This document shows, in pieces, positions 9,514-18,141 of a stretch of DNA of 64,000 bases. The stretch lies in NCBI GenBank assembly GCA_049841275.1, contig JASGDN010000042.1, positions 11,520 to 75,519 of the forward strand, written 5' to 3'. The notes under the pieces were generated by a model. It saw only the letters and a program-made list of their open reading frames with translations, was not told the origin of the DNA and did no database searches. Position 1 is the stretch's first letter. Each line of letters starts with the position of its first letter. Source of the DNA: Thermomicrobiales bacterium. Lineage in GTDB: Bacteria > Chloroflexota > Chloroflexia > Thermomicrobiales > UBA6265. The translations under genes and the position numbers were made by a program.

Positions 9514-10476
9514 CTACGCGGAGTGGTAGCGGACCATCAGCACGGCCAGCATCAGGCCCAGGCTGATGAGCGTGCAGAACCGGAGATGCAGCCCGGCCGA
9601 TTTCCGGGTGATCACGTTCAACTGCGCCGGCGTCGTGGCCAGACCGCCGCGCTCAACCAGCTTGTAGGCCGTCGGGAAGGAGAGCCAGACGATCAGCACC
9701 GGATAGAGCTCCGGCTCGTTGACGAACATGGCGATTGCCAGCGCGTACGGCACGAACAGCAGAAACGCGAACCAGGCGATCGAAAGGCCGCGCGGCAGCA
9801 GGTTGGCCAGCGTCCGTTTGCCCATCGCCCGGTCGGTCTCCACATCGCGCATGTTGTTCGCGTGAAGGAACGCCGCCGCCAGCATGCCGATGGCCGTGCC
9901 GAGCAGGATCGCCGGGGTCGAGATATTCCCGCGCAGCACATAGTACGCGCCACACACCATGCCGATACCCATCGTCAGGAAGACCGTCACCTCGCCCAGC
10001 GCCCAGTAGGCGAGGGGGAACGGCCCGGCGGTATAGAGATACGCAGCGGCGGCGCTGACGATGCCGATCCAGAGCACGATCGGTCCGACCGCCGCGATCA
10101 CCGGCACCGCGCACAGGATCGCGATACCGAAGCTGACCATGATCCCGTTGCGCAGGTCGTCGTGCGTGAGGTCCCCGCGCTGGAGAGCGCCACCCTGGCC
10201 GAGTGTGACGGCAGAGTCGACACCACGGCGATCGTCGAAGTAGTCGTTCGTCAGGTTACAGGCTGCATGGGTGCAGATCGAGGCCAGCAGCATGAGGACG
10301 AAGAGACCGGGATCGATCCAGCCGTCGACCATCGCCAGCGCCGCCGCAGCCACGATCGGCACCGTAGACGTGGTGAACGAGCGGGGACGGACGGCATTGA
10401 ACCAGACACGCCAGCGAGGCGTGCCGGACCCGGCACGAGGTCGGGTGGAATCGGTGGAGGGCATTGCAGCGGGCAT
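9514..10476 (-). CDS. menA: 1,4-dihydroxy-2-naphthoate polyprenyltransferase (UbiA superfamily, MenA-type)
   Basis: 320 aa polytopic membrane protein. It carries both MenA-type Asp-rich motifs, NLTNDYFDDRRGVD and NNMRDVETDRAMGKRTL (compare E. coli MenA NNLRDINSDRENGKNTL). Confidence 0.85.
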   Translation of the reverse strand: MPAAMPSTDSTRPRAGSGTPRWRVWFNAVRPRSFTTSTVPIVAAAALAMVDGWIDPGLFVLMLLASICTHAACNLTNDYFDDRRGVDSAVTLGQGGALQRGDLTHDDLRNGIMVSFGIAILCAVPVIAAVGPIVLWIGIVSAAAAYLYTAGPFPLAYWALGEVTVFLTMGIGMVCGAYYVLRGNISTPAILLGTAIGMLAAAFLHANNMRDVETDRAMGKRTLANLLPRGLSIAWFAFLLFVPYALAIAMFVNEPELYPVLIVWLSFPTAYKLVERGGLATTPAQLNVITRKSAGLHLRFCTLISLGLMLAVLMVRYHSA

Positions 10477-10482
10477 GACAGC

Positions 10483-11262
10483 CTATCGGTGGTTGGCGCG
10501 CCAGGGCATGACGAGACGGGCGATGCCATCGAGACAGAGCGTGAGCGCCCACCCCATGACGCCGGTGATGATGAGGCCAACGAACATCTGGCGGATGCGC
10601 AGCGTCTGGTAATTCTGCCAGATCATGTGGCCGATGCCCTGATCCGCCGCCAGGAATTCGGTGCCGACGATCACGATCAGCGCGAAGCCAAGCGCGAGCC
10701 GCAGGCCCGTGAAGATGGCCGGCAATGCGCCGGGCAGCGCAACGGTCCAGAAGAGTTCCCAGCGGTTCGCCCCGAGGTTCGACGCCACGTCGCGATATGT
10801 GTCATCCAGTTCGAGGACGCCGCTCATGGTGCTGAGCGCGACGAGGAAGAAGATGGAGAGCGCGACGATGGCGATCTTCGATGCCTCGCCGATGCCGAGC
10901 GCGATGATGACGAGCGGCAGGATAGCGATCTTCGGCACGGCATAGATCGCGGCGGCGAGCGGCATGAAGAAGACCCGCACCGGCCAGAAGAGGCCCATCA
11001 GCAACCCGAGCACGATTCCGGGCACCGCGCCAACCACGAACCCTGCGAGGATGCGTCCGAGGGAGACGCGGATGTCCCCCCAAAGGTCATTCTTGACCCA
11101 GAGCGTCCGCGCGGTATCCCAGAGCGAGCTGGGCGGCGGCCAGAACAATGGATCTATCGTCCGCGTGCGGGAGAGGATCTCCCAGATCAGCAGCAGGAGC
11201 ACGGGCGCCGCAATGGTGAGCGCCGCCTCCGCAATCCGGCGCTGGCGGATGGTGATCATCAT
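10483..11262 (-). CDS. ABC transporter permease, NitT/TauT (SsuC/TauC-like) family
   Basis: 259 aa with six predicted TM segments and a BPD_transp_1-type core. Its start overlaps the ATPase stop (ATGA at 11259-11262). Confidence 0.9.
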   Translation of the reverse strand: MMITIRQRRIAEAALTIAAPVLLLLIWEILSRTRTIDPLFWPPPSSLWDTARTLWVKNDLWGDIRVSLGRILAGFVVGAVPGIVLGLLMGLFWPVRVFFMPLAAAIYAVPKIAILPLVIIALGIGEASKIAIVALSIFFLVALSTMSGVLELDDTYRDVASNLGANRWELFWTVALPGALPAIFTGLRLALGFALIVIVGTEFLAADQGIGHMIWQNYQTLRIRQMFVGLIITGVMGWALTLCLDGIARLVMPWRANHR

Positions 11263-12155
11263 CGCGCCATGCTCGCTTCCTGGGCCACGCGCGCGGCGGT
11301 CACTTCTTCCCGCACGGTCGTCCAGATCTCGGTGAAGAGCGAGGTGAACGCGGGATCGGAGCGGACATCCATCAGGGCGCGCGGGCGGGCGAACGGGACA
11401 TCGATCGTGGAGCGGATCGTGCCGGGTTGGGCACTCATGATGACGATGCGATCGGCAAGGACGATGGCCTCGTCGATGGAGTGCGTGACGAAGACGACCG
11501 TCTTGCGGCGCTCATCCCAGATCCGCAGCAGCTCTTCCTGCAGGAGGAAGCGGGTCTGCTCGTCCAGCGCCCCGAACGGCTCGTCCATGAGCAGGAGGTC
11601 GGGATCGACAGCCAGCGCCCGCGCGATGGCGACGCGCTGCCGCATACCTTCGGAAACCTGATGGGGATAGGACCGACGGAAGGCGTGCAAGCCGACCGTC
11701 GCGAGAAGGGCATCGGCCCGGTCGCCACGCTCCTTGCGGGGCAGGCCGCGCAGCTTGAGGCCGTACGCGACGTTCTGGCGGAGGGTCAACCACGGAAAGA
11801 GACTGCGTCCCTGGAAGACCATCGCGTTCGATGGCGTATCGCCGCGTTCGTTAGCCAGGGCGAGGACACCGCTCGTCGGATGATCGAGGCCGGCAAGCAT
11901 GCGCAGGAACGTCGATTTTCCGCAGCCGGACGGTCCGACGATGACCGTGAAGCTACCTGCCGGGATATCAAGGTCGATATCCCGGCAGGCGTCGACAGGC
12001 CCGCGTGCCGTTTCGAACCGGCGCCCGACACCCCGCGCCTCGACACGCGCACCGGGACGGACGGTGCGAGATGCACCGCCCGTCGTCACGGTACCCACGG
12101 GCGTAGCGAGCGGGTGTGTCGAGGCGGATGCGATGGGAAGATCCCGGGAGGTCAT
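11259..12155 (-). CDS. ABC transporter ATP-binding protein, NitT/TauT family
   Basis: Walker A GPSGCGKST, signature VSEGMRQRVAIARAL, Walker B LLLMDEPFGALD. Confidence 0.9.
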   Translation of the reverse strand: MTSRDLPIASASTHPLATPVGTVTTGGASRTVRPGARVEARGVGRRFETARGPVDACRDIDLDIPAGSFTVIVGPSGCGKSTFLRMLAGLDHPTSGVLALANERGDTPSNAMVFQGRSLFPWLTLRQNVAYGLKLRGLPRKERGDRADALLATVGLHAFRRSYPHQVSEGMRQRVAIARALAVDPDLLLMDEPFGALDEQTRFLLQEELLRIWDERRKTVVFVTHSIDEAIVLADRIVIMSAQPGTIRSTIDVPFARPRALMDVRSDPAFTSLFTEIWTTVREEVTAARVAQEASMAR

Positions 12156-13291
12156 CAGGAACCCGACTTCGCCTTGTCAACGTATTGGGTGTCGATCATC
12201 GTGGAGGGGTCGATCGGGGTGTCATAGTCGAGCAGGCCGCGATCGCCGAAGAAGGTCTGGAGCTGGTTCAGGCTGTCGATCTCGATCGTGCCATCTTCGG
12301 AGTAGATCGGCTTGACCGATGCGGCAATGAGGTCGGCAGGAACGTTGGTGTACTTGTTGATGATGGCGAGATTCAGCGGATCGTTGAAGTTCGCGTTCAG
12401 GTCGGCGGACGCGCGGAGATAGGCCTTCACGAAGCCAGTGGCGGCCTCCGGATTTGCCTTCAGCCAGTCGGAGTTGCCGAAGACCATCGTCGGCCAGATA
12501 CCCTGCACCGGGAAGTCGGAGAGCAGGCGCACGGCCAGGCCGGTCTGCTCCGCCTGCGTCGCGACCGGCTCGCCGACAATGGCAGCATCGAGCGCACCGG
12601 AATCGAGCGCTGTGACGGCATCCGGGAAGGTGAGGTACTGAAGATCGACATCGGCAATGGTAAGTCCGCCCGTTTCGAGCGCTTTCTCCAGCCAGAGTTC
12701 GGTCGCACCCGGCGCGTTGACGGAGACCTTCTTGCCCTTGAGGTCGGCCACACGCTTGATGCTGCCGTCCTCGCAAGCCTTCTTCGAGATCATGAGCGGA
12801 CTGGCAACGGGGCTGCCCTCGGAATGACCGGGGGCTATGATCGTGAGCGGCAGCCCCTGGGAGACGCCGTTCCAGTAGGCCGGCCCAACCCCGGTGAGCC
12901 CCACGTTCAGCTTGTTCGTGGCCGTAAGCGTGGTGATGTCCGTGCCATTGGTGAAGGACTGAAGCTCGACATCGAGCCCCTCGTCGGCGTAATAGCCCTT
13001 CTCCAACGCGACGTAGATCGGCGCATAGATGGAGAGCGGCATGTAGCCGACGACCATCTTCGTCGCGCCATCCGGAACGGAGACCGCCGGAATCTCGGGC
13101 AGCGAGACTGGCGTGGCATCCGCCGCGACAGGCGTGGAAGCCGGTGCGATGGAACAGGCGCCCTGGGCGGCAACGGATGCGGCCGCGGGCGCAAGCAGGA
13201 TCGACAGCAACGACACGATTCCCGAGAGCAGCACCGCAAGGATCGGCGACGTCTTCGGCAGCGCTCGATCGGAACCGGAAGCCGGGTGCAT
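12155..13291 (-). CDS. ABC transporter substrate-binding protein, NMT1/THI5-like (NitT/TauT family)
   Basis: The ATG at 13291 has GGAGG 5 nt upstream and gives a signal peptide (MHPASGSDRALPKTSPILAVLLSGIVSLLSILLAPAAASVAAQGAC). The mature part resembles SsuA/ThiY-type periplasmic binding proteins. The ORF-track extension to 13567 is rejected. Confidence 0.85.
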   Translation of the reverse strand: MHPASGSDRALPKTSPILAVLLSGIVSLLSILLAPAAASVAAQGACSIAPASTPVAADATPVSLPEIPAVSVPDGATKMVVGYMPLSIYAPIYVALEKGYYADEGLDVELQSFTNGTDITTLTATNKLNVGLTGVGPAYWNGVSQGLPLTIIAPGHSEGSPVASPLMISKKACEDGSIKRVADLKGKKVSVNAPGATELWLEKALETGGLTIADVDLQYLTFPDAVTALDSGALDAAIVGEPVATQAEQTGLAVRLLSDFPVQGIWPTMVFGNSDWLKANPEAATGFVKAYLRASADLNANFNDPLNLAIINKYTNVPADLIAASVKPIYSEDGTIEIDSLNQLQTFFGDRGLLDYDTPIDPSTMIDTQYVDKAKSGS

Positions 13292-13623
13292 GATGTCCTC
13301 CACTGGTGAACGACGGATGTGCGTGGGCCCGGCAACGGAATGCGGTCGCGGCTTGAACAGCGTATCCGTTCCGCATCGTCGCCGGAGCAAAGCCCCAACG
13401 AATGACACGGCCAGTATACGATGTTCGCGCGCCACTTCGTGAACTTTCTCACGAGACAACCGGATAGGTAGCCGGTCATTGCGCCCCTGTCTCCACCCGC
13501 CGCGAGGGCGCGGGTCGACGCCAGCCTCAGAGATCCCCTGCAGCAGAATCCGAAAGGGTTGCCCCAACGGAGTGCGGATCTATTTGGACGATCCTTTCAG
13601 ACGCAGATGATGGTCGGCGGCGA
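13292..13623 (-). promoter_or_regulatory. 332-nt structured leader/promoter region of the ABC-menA operon
   Basis: No credible ORF. It contains a nested helix (GAGACA/TGTCTC at 13453-13493 enclosing ACCGG/CCGGT) and crossing 6-nt complementarities at 13334-13376. No known riboswitch class recognised. Confidence 0.3.
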
Positions 13624-14706
13624 TCAATCGGCGGCGGCCATGCCCTCGCTGGTGACGCCTTGCAGCGTGAGCGTCTCGGCATGGTGGCAGGCGACGCCCT
13701 GGTGCGAATCGTGATCGGGAAGCGTACGCAGGGCCGGGCGTTCCCGCGAGCAGATCTCGGTCGCGAACCGGCAACGCGGGTGGAATGCGCATCCGCTCGG
13801 CGGATTGGAAGGATCGGCGATCTCGCCGGCCAACCGGAGCCGGTTTCGCGTGTTGCGCAGACGTGGATCGGAGATCGGCACCGATGAGATTAGGGCTTCC
13901 GTATAGGGGTGCTCCGGAGTTCGGAAAAGCGTGTCCGTCGGCGCCGTCTCGACCAGTTTCCCGACGTACATGACGGCCACCCGGTCGCAGATGTGCTCGA
14001 TCACGCTGAGATCGTGTGAGATGAAGAGGTAGGTGAGATTCAATTCCTCCTGCAAGTCCTCGAGCAGGTTGAGGATCTGCGCCCGCACCGAGACGTCCAG
14101 CGCCGACACGGCTTCGTCCAGCACCACGATCCGGGGATCGAGGGCGAGGGCACGAGCGATGGATATGCGCTGCCGCTCCCCGCCGCTGAACGCATGGGGG
14201 TATCGGCGCATATAGTCTGGCCGCAATCCAGCCTTCCGCAGCAACTCCGCTACCCGCTCTTCGAGGTCGCGCCCCTTCGCCACCTTGTTGACCCGCAAGG
14301 GTTCCCCGACAATGTCAAGGACGGTCATGCGCGGATTCAGCGAGGAGTACGGGTCCTGGAAAACCATCCGTATCTCGCGACGATACGGTTTCAGAGCCTT
14401 CTCGGAGAGCGCCGCAAGATCGACCACCTGGCCGTCCGTCCGCCGGTAGTTGATCTCGCCGCCGGTTGGCTTGAGCGCGCGAAGAATGGCCCGGCCCGTG
14501 GTCGATTTTCCGCAGCCGGACTCTCCGACGAGACCGAGTGTCTCACCGGCGGCGATCGAGAAGCTGACATCGTCAACCGCCTTCACCTCCCCGGCCCGGC
14601 CCCGCATGAAGCCAGACGAAAGCGGGTAGTACATCTTGAGGTTCTTCACCTCGAGCAACGGGCCACCTGCCGGTAGCGGAATCGATCCATGACGCGTCTC
14701 GCTCAC
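13624..14706 (-). CDS. Opp/Dpp-type ABC transporter ATP-binding protein (OppF/DppF-like)
   Basis: Walker [10 protein letters not shown], signature [15 protein letters not shown], Walker [12 protein letters not shown], plus the C-terminal oligopeptide-ABC extension. The GTG at 14706 overlaps the upstream stop (GTGA). The ORF track extends to 14871. Confidence 0.9.
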   Translation of the reverse strand: MSETRHGSIPLPAGGPLLEVKNLKMYYPLSSGFMRGRAGEVKAVDDVSFSIAAGETLGLVGESGCGKSTTGRAILRALKPTGGEINYRRTDGQVVDLAALSEKALKPYRREIRMVFQDPYSSLNPRMTVLDIVGEPLRVNKVAKGRDLEERVAELLRKAGLRPDYMRRYPHAFSGGERQRISIARALALDPRIVVLDEAVSALDVSVRAQILNLLEDLQEELNLTYLFISHDLSVIEHICDRVAVMYVGKLVETAPTDTLFRTPEHPYTEALISSVPISDPRLRNTRNRLRLAGEIADPSNPPSGCAFHPRCRFATEICSRERPALRTLPDHDSHQGVACHHAETLTLQGVTSEGMAAAD

Positions 14707-15794
14707 GCAGCCCCTCCCTGCACGGAAACCGGCGCAGCCCCGGACGGAACATGGTCTGGCTCGTGGAGCAGGCAGCGAACGTTCCGCTCCGGTCCAAGCC
14801 AGGTGACGGCCGGTTCGACGCGGTCGCACAAGCCAGGCATGAACGCAGGACACCGGGTATGAAAGGGACAACCGGTTGGCCGGTCGAAGCTGGAGGGAAC
14901 CATCCCGGCAATCGAATCGAGCCGGTGCTTCCGCTGCTGTCCCAGACGCGGGATCGACCGCAACAACGCCTCCGTATACGGATGCTTCGGATCGTGGAAG
15001 ATTTCGTCCACGGTGCCACGTTCGACCACAAGTCCGAGGTACATCACTGCCACCTCGTCGGCAACCTCCGCCACCACACCGAGATCGTGGGTAATGAGCA
15101 TCACTGCCATGTCGAACTCATCCTTGAGCCGTTGGATCAACTCCAGGATCTGCGCCTGGGTCGTCACATCGAGCGCGGTCGTCGGCTCGTCGGCGATGAG
15201 CAGGCGGGGTGTGCAGGCAAGCGCCATCGCGATCATCGCGCGCTGGCGCATGCCGCCGCTCATCTCGAACGGATAGCTGTCCACACGCTCCTGGGGGCGG
15301 GGAATGCCGACGTAACCAAGCATCTCGACAGCACGGGCACGCGCAGCCTGTTTCGAGAGTCCTTCGTGGAGGATCACCGTCTCCGTAATCTGGCTACCGA
15401 CCGTATGGACGGGGCTGAGGGATGTCATCGGCTCCTGGAAGATCATCGAGATCTCCTTCCCCCGGATGCCGCGGATCTCCTTTCCCTTGGGATCGAGCTT
15501 CGCGAGATCGGTCACCCGGTCGACACCACCCGGACCAGGATGATGGAAGAGCATCTCCCCGGCAACCACCTTCCCCGGAGGTTGCACGATCTGCAGGATC
15601 GACCGGGCAGTCATGCTCTTGCCGCAGCCACTTTCACCCACCACGCACAGGGTCTTGCCGCGCCGGATGTCGAAATCGACCCCATCGATGGCGCGAACGA
15701 GCCCTTCATCAAGGGCAAACTGGGTCTTCAATCCCCGGATCTCGAGGACCAGGTCGCTCGGCACCGTGTCGGTTGTGGGTTCAGCGAGAGCCAT
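14703..15794 (-). CDS. Opp/Dpp-type ABC transporter ATP-binding protein (OppD/DppD-like)
   Basis: Walker [10 protein letters not shown], signature [15 protein letters not shown], Walker [12 protein letters not shown]. Confidence 0.9.
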   Translation of the reverse strand: MALAEPTTDTVPSDLVLEIRGLKTQFALDEGLVRAIDGVDFDIRRGKTLCVVGESGCGKSMTARSILQIVQPPGKVVAGEMLFHHPGPGGVDRVTDLAKLDPKGKEIRGIRGKEISMIFQEPMTSLSPVHTVGSQITETVILHEGLSKQAARARAVEMLGYVGIPRPQERVDSYPFEMSGGMRQRAMIAMALACTPRLLIADEPTTALDVTTQAQILELIQRLKDEFDMAVMLITHDLGVVAEVADEVAVMYLGLVVERGTVDEIFHDPKHPYTEALLRSIPRLGQQRKHRLDSIAGMVPSSFDRPTGCPFHTRCPAFMPGLCDRVEPAVTWLGPERNVRCLLHEPDHVPSGAAPVSVQGGAA

Positions 15795-15833
15795 GCATAT
15801 GCTCCATCGGGATTGTCACGCTCGGCGATCGCA

Positions 15834-17021
15834 TCAGGTGGTATAGGGATCGGCGGCGTCGCGCAGGCCATCCCCCAGGAAATTCAGGGCGAGCACCGCA
15901 ACAATCACGAGTCCGCCGGGCAAGAGCAGCCAGGGTGCCTGGGAAATCGAGCGGATATTCTGGGCTTCCTCCAGAAGCACACCCCAACTGTTGATGGGCG
16001 ATCGCAGGCCGAGACCGAGGAAGCTCAACGTCGTTTCGGCAAGGATCGTGGCCGGAATGGCGAGCGTGAGCGACGCGATGATGTGGCTGAAGAATGACGG
16101 CATCATATGGCGGACGATGATCCGGAGTTCACTCGATCCATCGAGGCGGGCAGCCGTGACAAACTCCTCCTCCCGCAGCGAGAGAAAGCGCCCCCTCACC
16201 ACTCGCGCAAGGCCGGTCCAGCCGATGATCGAGAGAATGAGGGTGATCCCGAAATAGACCTGAAGAGCCGACCACGTCTTGGGCAGCGCGGCCGCAAGCC
16301 CCATCCACAGCGGGATTGTCGGGACGGACCGCACGAACTCGATCAACCGCTGGATGACCGTGTCGGTCTTGCCACCGACATAGCCGGAAACGCCGCCGAG
16401 GATGAGCCCAAGGACGAGACTGATGAAGACACCAATGAGGCCGATGGACATCGAGACGCGCGTCCCGTAGATCATGCGGCTCAGCAAGTCCTGTCCGAGC
16501 CGGTCGGCGCCGAGGATGTACATTGGTTTCGTCGGGTCCTTGGGCCCAATCAGGTGACGATCCCAGGAAACAAGACCGAAGAGCTTGTATTCGTTTCCCT
16601 TGACGAAGAACCCGACAGGGACCTTCTTGGTATCGTCAATCACATAGGTGCGGCTGAGCGTCGCCTGGTCGATCTTCGACGAGTAGCCGTAGACGAAGAG
16701 TCCCCAGTCCCAACCGCCGCTCGTGTCCACGACATGCAGCAATTGTGGCGGTGCATACGTGAAACTGGACTGGACCTTGTTCGGGTCCGCCGGAGCGAGG
16801 AACTCTGCAAAGATCGCAACGAGATAGAGAAGGATGACAAGCGCTCCGCCAACCATGGCCAGGCGATGGCGCTTGAACTTCCACCACATGAGCCGCCACT
16901 GCGACGCCACGTAGATGCTGCGCTCAGCCCCGGCACCCGAACGAACCGTTTCTTCTCCCGGCGGTTCTCCTGTCGCGTCTGGCCGGGCCAGTGTTTCCAG
17001 TTCTGCCTGTTCGAACTCCAT
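15834..17021 (-). CDS. Opp/Dpp-type ABC transporter permease (OppC/DppC-like)
   Basis: 395 aa. Long N-terminal extension followed by a BPD_transp_1 core (...FVTAARLDGSSELRIIVRHMMP...). Confidence 0.9.
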   Translation of the reverse strand: MEFEQAELETLARPDATGEPPGEETVRSGAGAERSIYVASQWRLMWWKFKRHRLAMVGGALVILLYLVAIFAEFLAPADPNKVQSSFTYAPPQLLHVVDTSGGWDWGLFVYGYSSKIDQATLSRTYVIDDTKKVPVGFFVKGNEYKLFGLVSWDRHLIGPKDPTKPMYILGADRLGQDLLSRMIYGTRVSMSIGLIGVFISLVLGLILGGVSGYVGGKTDTVIQRLIEFVRSVPTIPLWMGLAAALPKTWSALQVYFGITLILSIIGWTGLARVVRGRFLSLREEEFVTAARLDGSSELRIIVRHMMPSFFSHIIASLTLAIPATILAETTLSFLGLGLRSPINSWGVLLEEAQNIRSISQAPWLLLPGGLVIVAVLALNFLGDGLRDAADPYTT

Positions 17022-17082
17022 GATCGCGTTGCCTCACGAATACCTGCGAACCTCAGGGTGCCATCCTCTCGACGAGGTGATT

Positions 17083-18069
17083 TCAGAGGTGGCGGATGCG
17101 CGGATCGAGCCAGGCCAGGAGGATGTCCGAGAGGAGTGTCCCGATCACGGTCAGCACACTGGTAAGCAGGATGATGCTGCCCGCCAGATACATGTCCTGC
17201 GATCGCAAGGACTGGAGCAACAGCGGGCCGATGGTCGGCAGGCTGAGCACGATCGCCACGACGGCTTCGCCGGAAACGATCCCCGGCAATGTCCAGCCGG
17301 CTGTGCTGACAAATGGATTGAGCGCCAGGCGGACCGGGTATTTCATCAGCAGCTTGCGTTCCTCGAGCCCCTTCGCCCGTGCCGTGACGACATAGGGACG
17401 GTTCAGCTCATCGAGCAGGTTCGCGCGCATGATCCGGACGAGCCCGGCCGTGTGCGTGGCGCCAATGATGAGCACCGGAATCCAGAGGTGGGAGAGAAGG
17501 TCAGTGACTTTTCCGACGCTCCACGCGGCATCGACATATTGCGGCGAGAAGAGCCCCCCGACACTCTGGCCGAAGTAATGGCTGGAGACATAGAGCAGGA
17601 CCAGCGCAAGCATGAACTCCGGGATTGCGAGCCCGAGGAAGCTGAAGAATGTCAGCACATAATCGGCTTTGGAATATTTACGGACAGCCGAAAAGATCCC
17701 GAGCGGAAACGCGATGATCCACGTGACGAGCAAGGATCCGACCGAAATCCCGATGGTGACGAGCATGCGATTGCCGATGAGATCGGCAACGGGGCGGTTA
17801 TATTCGAAGGAATCGCCGAAATCCCAGTGAAAGATGATGTTGCGCATCCAGATCAAGTACTGCTGCCACATCGGCTGGCCCAGGCCATACTGGCGCCGCA
17901 ATGCATCGAGCGCGTCCTGATTGACGGTTTCGCCCTGGCTGCTCAATGAGGCGGCGATGCTGGTCATGAAGTCGCCGGGTGGGAGCTGGATGATGACAAA
18001 GGTCACGATCGAAACCGCAATCAACGTCGGGATCATCAGCAGCATGCGGCGAAGGATGAATCGAGCCAC
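17083..18069 (-). CDS. Opp/Dpp-type ABC transporter permease (OppB/DppB-like)
   Basis: The GTG at 18069 has GGGGGA 8 nt upstream and gives (M)ARFILRRMLLMIPTLIAVS, matching the DppB-type N-terminus MLQFILRRL. The core contains YVVTARAKGL. The ORF-track ATG at 18114 is an alternative start. Confidence 0.9.
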   Translation of the reverse strand: MARFILRRMLLMIPTLIAVSIVTFVIIQLPPGDFMTSIAASLSSQGETVNQDALDALRRQYGLGQPMWQQYLIWMRNIIFHWDFGDSFEYNRPVADLIGNRMLVTIGISVGSLLVTWIIAFPLGIFSAVRKYSKADYVLTFFSFLGLAIPEFMLALVLLYVSSHYFGQSVGGLFSPQYVDAAWSVGKVTDLLSHLWIPVLIIGATHTAGLVRIMRANLLDELNRPYVVTARAKGLEERKLLMKYPVRLALNPFVSTAGWTLPGIVSGEAVVAIVLSLPTIGPLLLQSLRSQDMYLAGSIILLTSVLTVIGTLLSDILLAWLDPRIRHL

Positions 18070-18141
18070 GGTCGAAGTCCCCCGGAGACGCCGGGCGAAT
18101 ACGCCAATTGGCATACTCGCCCGGCGGCGAATACGGGTCCG

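Noticed and set aside
9523-11661. 712-aa + strand ORF
   Set aside because: It is antisense to menA, the ABC permease and the ATPase. It is low-complexity (R/D/H/E-rich), whereas the opposite strand carries clear family motifs.
13292-13623. TPP (THI-box) or guanidine-I (ykkC) riboswitch upstream of the NMT1/THI5-type transporter
   Set aside because: The minus strand has GGGG...CUGAGG...ACCC, reminiscent of the TPP P2/P3 region. However, it lacks CUGAGA and the ACCUGAUCUGGAUAAUGCCAGCG pyrophosphate helix. No ykkC GGUCCGAGAG or ACACGG..GGGA elements are present.
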